Positions 51,621-64,000 are shown, counted from the first letter of the stretch. The stretch: DNA of 64,000 bases from Rhynchobatus australiae (GCA_034780895.1 JAUZTB010000002.1:49306531-49370530); one strand, 5' to 3'. Numbers and translations are program-made. The notes: generated by a model not told the origin, from the sequence alone.

Positions 51621-54600
51621 AAATCAGGCCCACAAAGCATATCAGCACCTTTGTAGAGAAAAAATAGTGAAGATTATAAACCCTCAAGTACACAAGAAAC
51701 CAAGACTTTAGAAGTACAAAATTAATATGAAATAGAAGTGTCTGTTACTTCAGTTTTCTAACCTCATATCTCCCCCACCTATAACATGAACTAGCACAAG
51801 TCTCTTGCCTTAAAAATCTCAATTAGCTATGCATTGGGATTGGCTAGACTTTACACTGCATAAAAACGAAGCACATCAATGACTAACAGCAGGACAAATA
51901 ACCAGAAAACTTCAAAATATTTTCAAAACTGCAGTTAATATTTCAAAATTTAGTTTGTTGAACTTGATTGGAATTAAGGGTTCAATTTTAAAAGGATCTC
52001 ATTGTCAAAAGAATAATTTCTCACTTCTCGAAGCTCAACTTTAGAACAGGAAGAACATGATCTTGCTCAAAGCCACACATTCATTAAGGAATGGGAGTAA
52101 TAAAGGAATTGTATTACACCTACAGATTAAATAGCATTTCATCTGTTTCAATGTAAAGACTGACTACATAAATCAATAACAGAAATACCACACATAATAC
52201 ACTTTAATTCTTGAACAAATAGCCTGCTTTGAATATTTTTGAAAGGTTACATGGATCAAATGGACTATACTTGACAAATACTTAGTTCTTTTGCTGCATG
52301 TGACGTCAAAATTTTGCCTGCATAACTTTTATTCATTCTTAGTGTGTGGGTGTCCAGCATTTATTGCTTATCCTAACATGCCTTGAGAACATGAAGTGGG
52401 CCTCCCCCTTGAACCACAGCAGTCTGTATTTCAACAACTCAGATTTTAACTACTGCAAAATGACCAGCAAACCCACCCCACACCCCCATAGATTCTTTCC
52501 TGTGTGCCACCAAATAATTTATTCAAAAGTAGCAAACAAGTTGAAGCTTAGCACCACCAGCATTATGTTGTTTTGACAAATACAAGATAATCAAAATACC
52601 TGGTACAATCATTTAGGTACCAAGTATCCAGTTGGCAATGTTATCAAACAGGAATAAACTATGTGTCAGTTCTCAGCCTAGCAGATAGAAGTAAGAATTA
52701 AAAATCTAGAGTGCTTTTTTTCTCCCCCAATTTAAAAAGTTATTGCTATTGAGAAGCATATTACCTACACCAAGTACAAATGTTAGCAATAAGCATTTCC
52801 AAATCAGGGTTAACTGTCAAATGATTTGCACAGCTTCCTCTATTTTGTCCAAACATTAAAACTCAATAGCAATCTCTGGAGGATATGTTGATCTGAAATG
52901 ACACCAAGTCACAAGGTCAAAACAAATACTGTACACTATGGAAACTTATGATCATAGAAAGTTCAGACGAGGAGGAAGCAGGAAAGAGAAAATAACATTT
53001 TACATAATATTCAATAGAAATGCTAGAACTGATTAATGTTGTACAAAGGAATAGAACAATCAGAAGGTAATGATAATTAGCTAAATGCTCCAGCTAAATA
53101 GTTGTCACATTAAAATCATGGTGGAGTAGAGTGCCATCTAGAGCAGTAGATAATGATGCATCTTCAAAGCATTCTGAAAACTGGCAAAATTTATAATTTA
53201 AAGGCAGGATTAAAGATTCAAATTTGCTCTAAGATTCACACTCAATCCTCCTGTGGCAGAAAACTGAATCTGAAGTTAATAAAATGAGTCCTAAGTGGGA
53301 TACAAAATCTTTGAAATCTATAAATTTCTACCAACATGTTGGAAAATGATTTGTCACCACTTAGAATGCCCAATGCAATTTTAAGGGTTTAAAAAAAAAT
53401 CAATGGCTTTCCCAACTTGTGGTGTAAAGGAAAGAGGGGCAGTGCAGTGGTCAGTTAATTTTGAAATGAGAAAGCACAATACTCCAGTACATCGTTAGTG
53501 CAAGCATAATTCAAATTAAACCATGTATAACGCTATACACAATGAAATTCCCATCAAAGCATGACTGAGAAAATTAAAACCATGAATAAAATATTACTGT
53601 TTATATCACAGTATAGGGCACAAATACACTTCTGAAATTTACTGAGAAAAACTGTAGAGTAAGTAACTAGAAAACATTTTTTTTAAACCACCAGGGAGGT
53701 CAATTACTGGCAGATATCATTTTATAAAAAAAACACAGGGGCTAGGAAACTTCTTTTGAATAAAAAAACATGAAAATCTGAATGCTTTTAAAATGGTGGA
53801 AACAAATTTCATAGCAGTTTTCAAAAGCATATACATGAGAAAAATGTTGGGGAAGCAGGCCAGTGGGACCACAGATCTTTCAAAGAACAATCAAATTAGT
53901 GCATGATATTAAAAAGGGGCAAGAGCTCTACATGCCATGGATAAGTCAGTGAAAACAAACTGACAGGTGATTAAAATGTGAAATTTCACTTGATGTTATC
54001 ATACAGACTTTATTCGTACCTTTTGGAAGTTGGTTTAATAAAGTTAAAGCAGGTAGAACTGAAGGCAAATTGGCAGATTATAACTAGTATTGCCCTGCTG
54101 GGGATTCTTCTCAAAAGTATTTCAAGGATATATGTTTAGCCTACTTTGACTTATCTTTTCACTGCCTCTTAATATCAAAGACAATCTCAAAATACCTCAC
54201 TATCTTTTACATCATTTAATCTTGGCAATTTCCTCTATTTAACTATTGGAGACAAGCCATCATCTTCAGCCCCACCAAAAAAATCCCATCCCTCACCAGG
54301 AGGTTTATTCATACTCACTATCCCCGGCTGAATGAATCAACATGCGATATTGGCCTACTGCTAGTCTAGTAATGGGTTTAGCTTCTCAACCCATCTCCTC
54401 TCACCTCCCCATATACTGACAATCATCCCAACTTAATGTCCATTCTTTTTTGTACCTTTTCCTACTTATACCTTAGCTTTAGCTTGACAATTCCATTCCC
54501 CAATTCATTTCCATTTATATCCTCTTCTAATTCAGCTTCTTTCATGTTTCGCTCTTAAGGATCATCACTCCTTATACCCTATTAAAACCCTAGACCTTTC

Positions 54601-54757
54601 AGACACATTTTCTGCCTTCTAATATATCCTTCAAATCTAACTTCATTTTCTCCAACCAACCCACTTTCTATCATCTCCAAAACCCAAATATTTCTTTAAA
54701 ACAATTTAGATATTTTTTACTATACAACCTAACCATGACCAATGCACTTAATTATGA

Positions 54758-54980
54758 ATGACACAAGAGACTGCAGATGCTGGAATCTTGAACAACACAC
54801 AAAGCACTGGAAGAACTCAGCAGATCAGGCAGCATCTGTGAAGGGAATTGGACAGACGACGTTTCGGGCCAAGACCCTTCTTCTGGGCAGTTCAGATGAA
54901 GGGTCTCAACCCAAAACGTCAACTGTCCATTTCCCTCCACAGACACTGCCTGATCTGCTGGGTTCCTTTAACACTTTGAC
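54758..54980. mobile_element. Palindromic Penelope-terminus element with two opposed hammerhead-like motifs
   Basis: 54800-54885 and 54893-54978 are imperfect inverted repeats around a 7-nt spacer. Each arm reads CAGAWGA-agggtct...ccc-RAAACGTC. Confidence 0.8.
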
Positions 54981-56619
54981 AGTTTTTTTATAATTAGGAA
55001 TGACGATTAATGACACTGTCTCATAAGTGGCAACTATGGATGTCACATGAACTGCCTGAACACAAAACCAGAATGCACAGCCAATGGCTTTGGCACCCAT
55101 TCAGAAAGGAAACAGCTGCATCTAACACAGCTGATGATTTCATATACATTCTGAACCCATTGGTTTTCTACTGCACCTATGGGCAAGCTGAAGGTTTGAA
55201 TCCATTGTGTTGGAAAGGAAGTTATGACATGTTACTAACCAATATGGAAATTGTTGGTGCCATACAGGAAGTAGCATCTGCTGGGAGGAGTGAGAATGAA
55301 GATTAGTCCCAAGCAAATGATTCAGCCTGCATACAATAGTACCAAAGCCAATTTCTCTTGGCTACAAGATCTAATCCTTCCGTGTAATTACTGAGGATAC
55401 AGCCAATTTAATCAGGAAGCATAAAAGTTTTGTGTTAAGTACTTTGTGAACAAATGTGCTATTAATTAGGCAGAGAGAGAGAAAAAAATCAAGATCTGAC
55501 TGCTTCACATTGTACCATTTATCCAGAGCTCAAATTTCACTCTTTCACTGGGCATCAATCAAATTTTAATCTTTCACTGGACAGTTTAGATGATGCTTTT
55601 CAACATTCATAAAATGGTAATTCAAACTTTTTCATGAAATTTTCAGCATAATATCTTATAGATCATATTGACTAAACTGTTTGTCACCAGATAACTTTTG
55701 TGCAGAGGAATATAAACATAAAACACAATATACTTGCACTCATGTTGCCAGTTGCAGCCTGGGTGGATGAGACAGACATCAGTGAATGAGCTGCAGAGAT
55801 CAGTCAGAAAAACAGATTCCATCATGGGAAGGGTAGGAAGAGGTTCGAGCTGCTAAAATAGTCATACAAGATCATAGAGGAACTAAGATGACTTTGTAAT
55901 TTATGTGCAAAAATGAGAATTTTAAATTTGAGTATCCAGAGGTGATGTAGATCAGAGAGGATTAGCTGATACATTAGCAAAACTTGGGAGATTAGATCTG
56001 AATAAAGTTTTGGATGGACACTATTGTAATGAAACCTTGAGGGGCAAATAATTCAAATTTCTCCATTTAAATATTGTTGAAAAAATTAAATACATTTATA
56101 GTGTGTGTCATATATACAAATGAGAGTTAAAAATGAAATAATCCTTTCCACAATTCACCATGGAGTAATGCAAATGGAACAGCGTTTTGAACTTTGCACT
56201 TCTGGAGCAGAATGAGGGAAGGAGATGATATTTTGGAAGTAATTCAATGGTGGCTCATATAAATCCTTTCTTTCAAAGTCAATTTGTGAAGCATGGTCTC
56301 CAGTCAGGTCAGAGATGCTAGTAAAGCACCTGTCAAGCCATCATCATGTTCCATGTAGACAGTTATGTCCAAGGGCAATTTTCAAAGAGGTAGGTCTATT
56401 TGTGCCTCGAGCTATAAAACAGCAGCAATAATTTATTGAGTCAGCTGAAGCAAAGGTGCACAGCCATCAGGGCGCACACATCAATAGCTCTTGTATGGTT
56501 TGCCAGTTCTTTCAAGCACAGACCTGCTCTCTCAATTTAAAAAAAATGGCTGGCATATGTTCATCTTCTAGGTGCATCAAAGGAGCACCCTGAAGTAAAT
56601 CTTCAATTTTATCTTATTT

Positions 56620-58400
56620 TATTCATTTTCGGAACCTGGCCATAGCTGACAAGACCAGCACTTGTGACCCACCCCTAATTGCCCTTGGGTGGTGGCAAAC
56701 CATCTACCCAAACTGCTGGGGACCTCCTGATGATGTATTCCCACAGTGCTGTTGGATATGCAGTATTTATTGAATATCAAAAGGTAGGGGACTCAGCAAC
56801 AGTAATTCCATTGAACATTGTTTTAGGCTCTCTTTTTGGATATGGTCATTGCCTAGCATTTAAGTAATGTGAATTTTACTTGCCACATACCATCCTATAC
56901 TTGAATGCCATTTTGGTCTTGCTGCATACAGACACGGGCTGCTTCATTTCCTAAGGAGTTATCCATAGAATTGAACATTGTGCAATCAGTGGACATCCTC
57001 ACATCTGACCTCATTATAGAAAGCGGTTGATGAGGCAGCTGAATCTAATGACACTGCCCTGGGGAATTCTTGCAATGCTGTTCTGATCAACTTACAAATA
57101 CCACAAAATCTTCCTTTTTGCAAGCTTTGACTCCAACCACTGGGGTGTCTTCCCTTTGACTTTAGTGTTACCAGGACAGCTTAATGCCATATTCAATCAA
57201 GTGCTGTCTTGCTGTCAACAGTAGTCGATCTTACTTCATCTCTGGAATTCAGCTCTTTGCACCATGTTTGGACCAAAGCCTTGATGAGGTTTGGAACCAA
57301 GTGGTCATGGTGAAACCCAACTGGGCATAGGTGAGTAGGGTATAGGTACTGTTGATAGCACTGTTGAAGATGGTATCCATTACTTAGAGGATGTAGTAGA
57401 TTGCTCAGTGCATTATCAGCAAGATTAGATTGTCCTGGAACAGGAGGTAACTGGGCAACATCCTACCATCTTTATTTCATTGCCCATCATCATTCATGAC
57501 TAGCTGCGGTAGTATTGCAGAGCTTTGATCTAATCTAGTGGTTATGAGATTGCCTGGTTCTCACTACTGCATGTATTTTGCCATGTATGTAATACAGTAT
57601 TGCAGCTTCACTAGGCTAGCACCTCATCATTTTTAAGTATGCTTGGCAGTTCGTAGCTCATAGCAGGAGGGATGCGTCAGCCATGAGGTTACTGATTGTG
57701 GTACTGTCTATTTGTGCAGCTGCTAATGATCGAGAGTTTGGACTGTCAAACATGATCTGAGCCTTTATAACCAAGCACACAACACGAAAAGTATCCTTGG
57801 TAATGAAGATAGGATTGTCTCCACAAGGGCAATGCAATGGTGACTTATACCAATGCCATCATGGATGACTGCAGCTGCCATAAATAATTGGTGAGGATAA
57901 GGTTAAGTACGTTTATCCCTTGGACTGGTTCACTCACTATGCAGCAGACCTCTTCTGGTGGCTAGATTCTTCAGTATTCGGCCAACTTGGTCTGCATTCG
58001 TGTTATTAAGCTCCAAAGATGGGCATTGAAGTCACCCTTCCAGAATACATTATTCTTTTGCTACCTGCAGTGCTTCTTCCAAATGTGTTCAACTAGGAAG
58101 CAGCACTGAAATACATCAGCTGAGGGAGGATGGCAGATGATAATCATGAGGCCCTTTCCTTGCCTGAGTTAGAACTGAAACCCTATGCCTTCAAAAGGGC
58201 CTGGAGTCAACTTTAAGAACTTCTGCCTATGTGCCACTAGTTGTTATGGAACAGACCTGCTGATAGGACCCAGGATGTACCCAGGAATTGTCATGGACAA
58301 ATCTGGCAAAGTATGACTCTGTGAGTATCACAAAGTCAGATTGTTGCCAGACTAGTCTGTAGGATAGCTTTCCCAGTTTAGATATATTCACCAGATGTTT
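56620..58400 (-). mobile_element. Long, old LINE remnant (same family as 200-455, 10120-10330 and 34640-35420)
   Basis: 56920-57330 aligns by eye with 10140-10260 and 35080-35240. No intact ORF. Confidence 0.65.
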
Positions 58401-59584
58401 GCAAGGTGGTCTAGTTTAATTCCATCTCTCAAAATTTACATGAGAGAACCAATATTGGAAAAATATTGATGGCTGAAGATCACTTACAAATGTTAACAGT
58501 AATGAGTTGAGTAAGCCATGTGACAATTTTATGTAATGGTTACAATTTTGCCAGATGAATCAAAATCTGGCAATTTCTAATGCCCAAAATAATGTCTACC
58601 TATTTTATAGGCAAACAATTGATGCTCTAATAAACTCCTTCCACCTCACCCATTCCCACCTTCCCTTCATTGTGGTACTTGCCAAAGGCAATTGACCTAA
58701 ATTTTGCAGTTGCAATAATGGCAAGAGGTCAATAGTTTCAGACTTCTAGAAATCAATTTTGACATTTAAGAACCATGCATGTACCAAAAGGTATTCTATA
58801 CTCAAAAGGACTAATGTGGAAATCCCAAATTTGCTGTTAGCATCTTCCACAAGCTATACTTATTTGTACCCTTCCCTACCAAAATTTCAGGAATACATGA
58901 CCTAACTCCTGAAGTCTGACTCAAAATGTTAACTCCATTTCTGTTTCCAAAATCCTCTCAGCATGAATGTTTTCAGCAATTTTTTTCTACATTTCATGCT
59001 AAGAGACCCTGAAAATGATACATTTTGTTGTCAAAGTCCAAGTGAATTTATAGTGACATACTAAGCCATAGTTATCTGTTAGGAAACTCCACAAAAACAA
59101 GAGATTGTAAAAACCCTCAAACATTTCAGCTTAACTTGTGTTCTGATCTTTCTTCAGTACTCAAAAGGTTTAATATAATAGTGGGAAAAATAAACATTCT
59201 AGCTTTCTGGTTTGTCCATATTGGAAATTCTTTAAAATGAGGGTTGGGGAAGGGAATTGATGTTTGTAGGGGCTTTCTCCAAAGTCAATGCAAGTGCTAT
59301 CACTTAACTACTGAACCCAAAATCCAGATTACATGATCAGAGATATAGGCAATCACTTAAAAGTACAATAAACTTTCCATACTGAGTTCTTAAAAAAAAA
59401 TCTGTCGATTCTATGAATCTAATCACAACTTCAGCCCTCTTTGCACGTGGGTATTCACTTTGGAAAGGTTAGGTTATGATGTTATATTAATTTATGTACA
59501 GATGGAATAAATGACCATTTGAAAAGCTGAGGAAATACCAAAAGTAATTTTAATGTCCTTTGGAAAAATAATCAAAGTAGAAAT

Positions 59585-60180
59585 CATGCTAGACTCAGAG
59601 TCACACAGCCTAGAAACAAGCCCTTCAGCCCCATTGGTCCATGTCAACCAAGATGCCCTATCTAAGCTGGTCCCATTTGCCAGCATTTGGCCCATAACCT
59701 TCTAAACTTTTCCTATATATACCTGTCCAACTGTCGCTTAGAAATTGTTTTTGTACCTGCCTCAATTACTTCCTCTGGCAGCTTGCTCCACATGGATACC
59801 ACCTTTTGTGTAAAAGAAAGTTGCCCCTCGTGCTTCTCTTAAATCTTTTCCCTCTCATCTTAAACCTATGTCCTCCAGTCCTTGATACCCCAACACTGGG
59901 TTAAAAGACTGAGTGCTTTCACCCCATCTATGCCCCTCATGATTTTATAGACCTCTATAAGATCACATCTCAGTCTCCTATGCACTAAGGGATAAAGTCC
60001 TAACCTGTCAAAGCTCTCCCTATAACTTAGTCCCTCAAGTCCTGGCAACATTGTTGTAAATCTTTTCTGCACTGTTTCCAGTTTATTAAGATCTTTCCTA
60101 TGGCAGGGTAACCAAAACTAAACACAATACTCCAAATGCAGCCTCACCAGCATCATGACCTCCCAACTTTCATACTCGAG
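59585..60180 (-). mobile_element. CR1-clade LINE 3' end
   Basis: ORF 59866..60072 QKRFTTMLPGLEGLSYRE...RRLRCDLIEVYKIMRGID. Tail at 59590-59700. Confidence 0.85.
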
Positions 60181-62752
60181 AAATAAAAGGCAAATATGCT
60201 AGAAATGTATGTCAGAAGAAATAAATGACAAACACAAGAAAACAGGAGAAAAGATGGTTCAATTATGTTTGCAAAGGAACAGAAATGCAACAATCATCAA
60301 TAACAATGTCATAAGAGTATTTTAGGACTATATCCAGGCATTAAGGAAAGGCTGGAAGAGGAGAAGAATAGTTATAGTTAACTGGTTGCCAAAATTATTT
60401 CAGTTATCTTGTTACATGTTTAGAGCAGATTATTACTGTACTAAAAATCATTACATCAGCATGTTTTATTTTCATAGCTAATCTGTTGGAACTACATCAT
60501 TTCACCTGACCATTAATCCATGGCTCTTCAGAAAGGAAGACCAGAGTGGAAATTGGAACTTCTCTTCTTTCCACCTGGTGCAATTACAGGCANNNNNNNN
60601 NNNNNNNNNNNNNNNNNNNNNNNNNNNNNNNNNNNNNNNNNNNNNNNNNNNNNNNNNNNNNNNNNNNNNNNNNNNNNNNNNNNNNNNNNNNNAGGCAGGT
60701 GGTCATGCAAGGATTAGATTAATGACCAGTTTCTTAAGAATTCTCTCATGCCAGTCATTCAGGATAATTATATTGCACACTCAGATTTTCCTAAACCTGC
60801 ATTCTTTTTTTAATAAGCAGTGTCAAGTGATGCTTCGTGTGGGGCTTGCTTTGGCAGCATTAATGTCAAAATCATATTCCCAAGTGGTTCTACAATACAG
60901 ATAGATAACCGGTTTTGTAAAGATGCAGATCTTGTTCCCTAGTTTCTTATTTATATGCTAATAGAAAAGCAAAATGACCGAGGAACAAGGAGGAATCAAA
61001 AAATATTGTTTTTCTCTCTCCTCTCAATCTACCATTTTCCTAGTTTTCTTTCTCAAACTGAATGGATAATTTGACATTAATTACTCTCCTATTATAGAGT
61101 TGGTTCCTTTATCTCCACTTGATTGTAGCTGGTTAACGAGGTAAGTCATTAGACCATTCACTCATGAGGTTAACAGCAGCTAATGATTTCACCACACCAA
61201 CATTTTCAGAATACAGTAAAAATCATATCCAAGGCAAAAGTCAAGACAGTTGTCACAACTGCCTCTATTTTCTTTACTGTATAAAGGTAGGGTGATCTTT
61301 GTGGACCAAACTTAAAAATGGACATGCTGACCAAATAAGATGACTTCAGTAAATGAAACTTCTTTCAATACTACAAGATAGGATTAAAAGAATAATTCCA
61401 TGTTTGAATGTGCAATACAAAACTCAACATTAAAGCATACATGCAATGCATCAACCAGCACAATATTTCCCATGAGGCAATTAAATGGAAAAAAAACTGC
61501 TGTGTTTCTCAGCTGCAGGGACTGAGAACACATTGCCTCACCATTAATGTTATTTAATAAATAACTCATGACATACTATGACCTTCACGTTAGATTTCTA
61601 CCCATCCATTTCAGTTAAAATACCAAAATGGCCATTTTATATTTAAGCCTGAAATTCAAGTAAACAATTCTTATATAAAATTAAGCACAAAAGTTGGCAG
61701 GTGTGCATTATATTCAAAAGTACTTTCAACCATTTCACAGAATAACCATAACGCCAACTACCTAAAAAGCTATAGAATCCACTCATACCATTCANNNNNN
61801 NNNNNNNNNNNNNNNNNNNNNNNNNNNNNNNNNNNNNNNNNNNNNNNNNNNNNNNNNNNNNNNNNNNNNNNNNNNNNNNNNNNNNNNNNNNNNNCCTGTC
61901 ATCACGGAGGACTTCAACCAGGCTAGCTCGAAGAAGTCTCTGGCCAACTACCACCAATATGTCATTTGCAGAACCAGTGGAGCCAACACACTCCATCACT
62001 GTTACACCACCATCAAGAACACTAACCATGCCGTCCAATCACCTGGCTGTACCTCTACCCCTGGTGTATAGGCAGAGACTGAGGACCACAGCGCCAGTGG
62101 TGAGGATGGCGAAGATATGGTCAAGGGATGCAGAGAACCATTTACAGGACTGCTTTTAATCAGTGGGCTGGACTATATTCAGGGATTCAGCTTTGGATCT
62201 GAGTGAATATACCACAGACATCACTAAGTTCATCTCGAACATACTGAGTCTTCCCAAACCAAAACCCTTGGATGAACCAGGAGATTTGCAGTCTGCTGAG
62301 GCTAGATCTGTGGCATTCAAGACTGGTGATCCAGAATCCTACAAGAAGTCCAGATACTACCTACGGGAGGCCATCGTGAGAGCAAAAAGGCAATTCTGAG
62401 TGAAGCTGAAGACAGAATCAGATGCACAACAGCTGTGGCAGGGTTTGCTTGTCATTACTTCCTATAAGGTTAAGCCTAACAGCATAAATGACAGCGATGC
62501 TTCACTCCCCAATGAGCTCAACACCTTTTATGCATGCTTTGAAAGGGAGAATAACATTACACCTGTGCGAATCCCCACAGCATCTAGTGACCCTGTGATC
62601 TCTGTCTTGGAGGCCGATGTCCGAAGAACCTTCAAAAGGGTGAACCCTCACAAGGCGTCAGGCCCTGGTGGTGTACCTGTTTAGGTACTGAAGACCAGTG
62701 TCGACCAACTGGCTGGAGTATTCAGCGTCTCACTGCTGCGGTCAGAGTGAGT

Positions 62753-63060
62753 GGGCAGGCAGCACAGTAACGCTATGACAGCACCAGTAACCTGGGTTCA
62801 ATTCCACCGCTGTCTGTAAGGAGTTTGTGTGTTCTCCCCATGACTGTGTGGGTTTCCTCCGGGTGCTCTGGTTTCCTCCCACATCCCAAAAGACCAAAAG
62901 GGTTAGGAAGCTGTGAACATGCGATGTTGGTGATGGAAGTTTGGTGACACTTGTGGGCTGCCCCCAGCACGTTCTCAGACTGTGTTGGTTGTTAACGCAA
63001 AAAGACATACTTCATTGTGTGTTTCGATCTACATGTGACTAATAAAGAAATAAATAATTA
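62753..63060 (+). mobile_element. tRNA-derived V-SINE
   Basis: B-box GGGTTCAATTCC at 62794-62805, V-domain gtgggtttcctccgggtgctctggtttcctcccaca at ~62848-62883, and an A-rich aataaa tail. Confidence 0.85.
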
Positions 63061-63154
63061 GATTTTAAATCTTCTAAAGGGCAGCAATTATACTGGTGCC
63101 CAAGAAGAGCAGAGTGAGCTGCCGCAATGTCTATCACCTAGTCGTACTGACAAC

Positions 63155-63669
63155 TGTCATAGTTCTGAGTTCTGGCCCTCAATTTGGCTCCATTAATGCC
63201 TTGTTGTCCAGCACATGGATTCCATGCTGGNNNNNNNNNNNNNNNNNNNNNNNNNNNNNNNNNNNNNNNNNNNNNNNNNNNNNNNNNNNNNNNNNNNNNN
63301 NNNNNNNNNNNNNNNNNNNNNNNNNNNNNNCATGCTGGACTGATTACATAACAACACACACCTGAGCCCCATCAGGGGCCTAGCATAAGTACCTGTGTTT
63401 CTCTAGCTCTAGTTGTCAGAGTATCGGTTTACCTTTGGGTATACTTTGGCTCCGAGCTGCTAGGGTAGTCTACTCTAGAGCAGTGTGGTGTTCTCTATTC
63501 CTGTTTGAAGATCCAGTTTGTGTTGGGATTTCTCTTCAGACCTCCAAGGCAAGATTCCTTCCAGTTGCTGCCTGTGTTTTGTCCTGATGAAGTGTCCTGA
63601 CTCCAGTCTTGTATCAGTGTGCCACATTTGGGTTCTCTGTGACCTTGCTCTTTGATCAACATTGTAACA
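63155..63669. mobile_element. Solo LTR inserted in the Rex1 RT
   Basis: Begins TGTCA and ends TAACA. Flanked by ACAAC (63150-54) and ACATC (63670-74), a 5-bp TSD with one mismatch. The Rex1 sequence resumes at the junction. Confidence 0.72.
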
Positions 63670-64000
63670 ACATCTTCTGTAATGAGGTGTTTTGAGAGGT
63701 TGATCATGGTTACATTAACTTCTGCCTGAGCAAAGACCTGGACCTGCTGCAATTTGCCTACTGCCACAACAGGTCTACAGCAGGTGCAATCTCACTGGCT
63801 CTTCACTCTGCTTTGGAGCACCTAGACAACCACAAGACATACGTTAAGCTGCTGTTTATCGATTACAGCTCGGTGTTCAACACCATCATTCCATCAGTAC
63901 TAATAGCCAAGCTTCAAAACCTGGGCCTCTGTACCTCCCTCTGCAACTGGATCTTTGACTTGCTTATTGGGAGACCACAGTCAGTGCGGTTTGGTAATAA

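Larger units (their letters stand above)
61895..64000 (+). mobile_element. Rex1/Babar-clade LINE (endonuclease end to RT), decayed, hosting a SINE and a solo LTR
   Basis: ITEDFNQ (GDFN-like), ELNTFYACFE and NPHKASGPGGVP. After the inserts: CFERL...LQFAY..NRST...[13 protein letters not shown]...[16 protein letters not shown]. Confidence 0.88.

Noticed and set aside
62785-62810. tRNA gene suggested by the B-box GGTTCAATTCC
   Set aside because: No cloverleaf. It is the head of a SINE.
1-64000. Prokaryote-type systems (CRISPR arrays, operons, retrons, defence islands) or endogenous viral genes
   Set aside because: The window is spliced vertebrate DNA. I saw no repeat-spacer arrays and no long intact non-TE ORFs, and every RT-like piece belongs to a known retrotransposon clade.

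Overview
This is a eukaryotic, AT-rich, intron-dominated window from a draft vertebrate assembly, most likely a shark or ray (inferred from the repeat families). It contains one gene, EPB41L2 (protein 4.1G), on the minus strand. I traced seven consecutive coding exons by hand: 29735-29241, 27683-27459, 16706-16602, 12718-12576 (split by an N gap), 11514-11439, 5775-5557 and 826-739. All have GT-AG sites and compatible phases, and together they encode the U1 headpiece and the N-terminal part of the FERM domain. The gene continues past position 1. Positions 29749-64000 are an upstream intron whose first exon I could not locate. The introns are full of decayed mobile DNA: CR1-, L2- and Rex1/Babar-type LINEs, Penelope-like remnants, a V-SINE, a Deu-SINE, MITEs, a hAT transposase relic and a solo LTR. 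I found no intact novel coding system. The most interesting signals are (i) short, often palindromic Penelope-terminus elements carrying minimal hammerhead-ribozyme-like motifs, (ii) a V-SINE whose 3' tail resembles the local Rex/Babar LINE tail, (iii) a strong-Kozak internal ATG at the FERM start, and (iv) a zero-length 100-N gap that hides a coding exon. Repeat boundaries are approximate, and family names come from recognising motifs, not from database searches.
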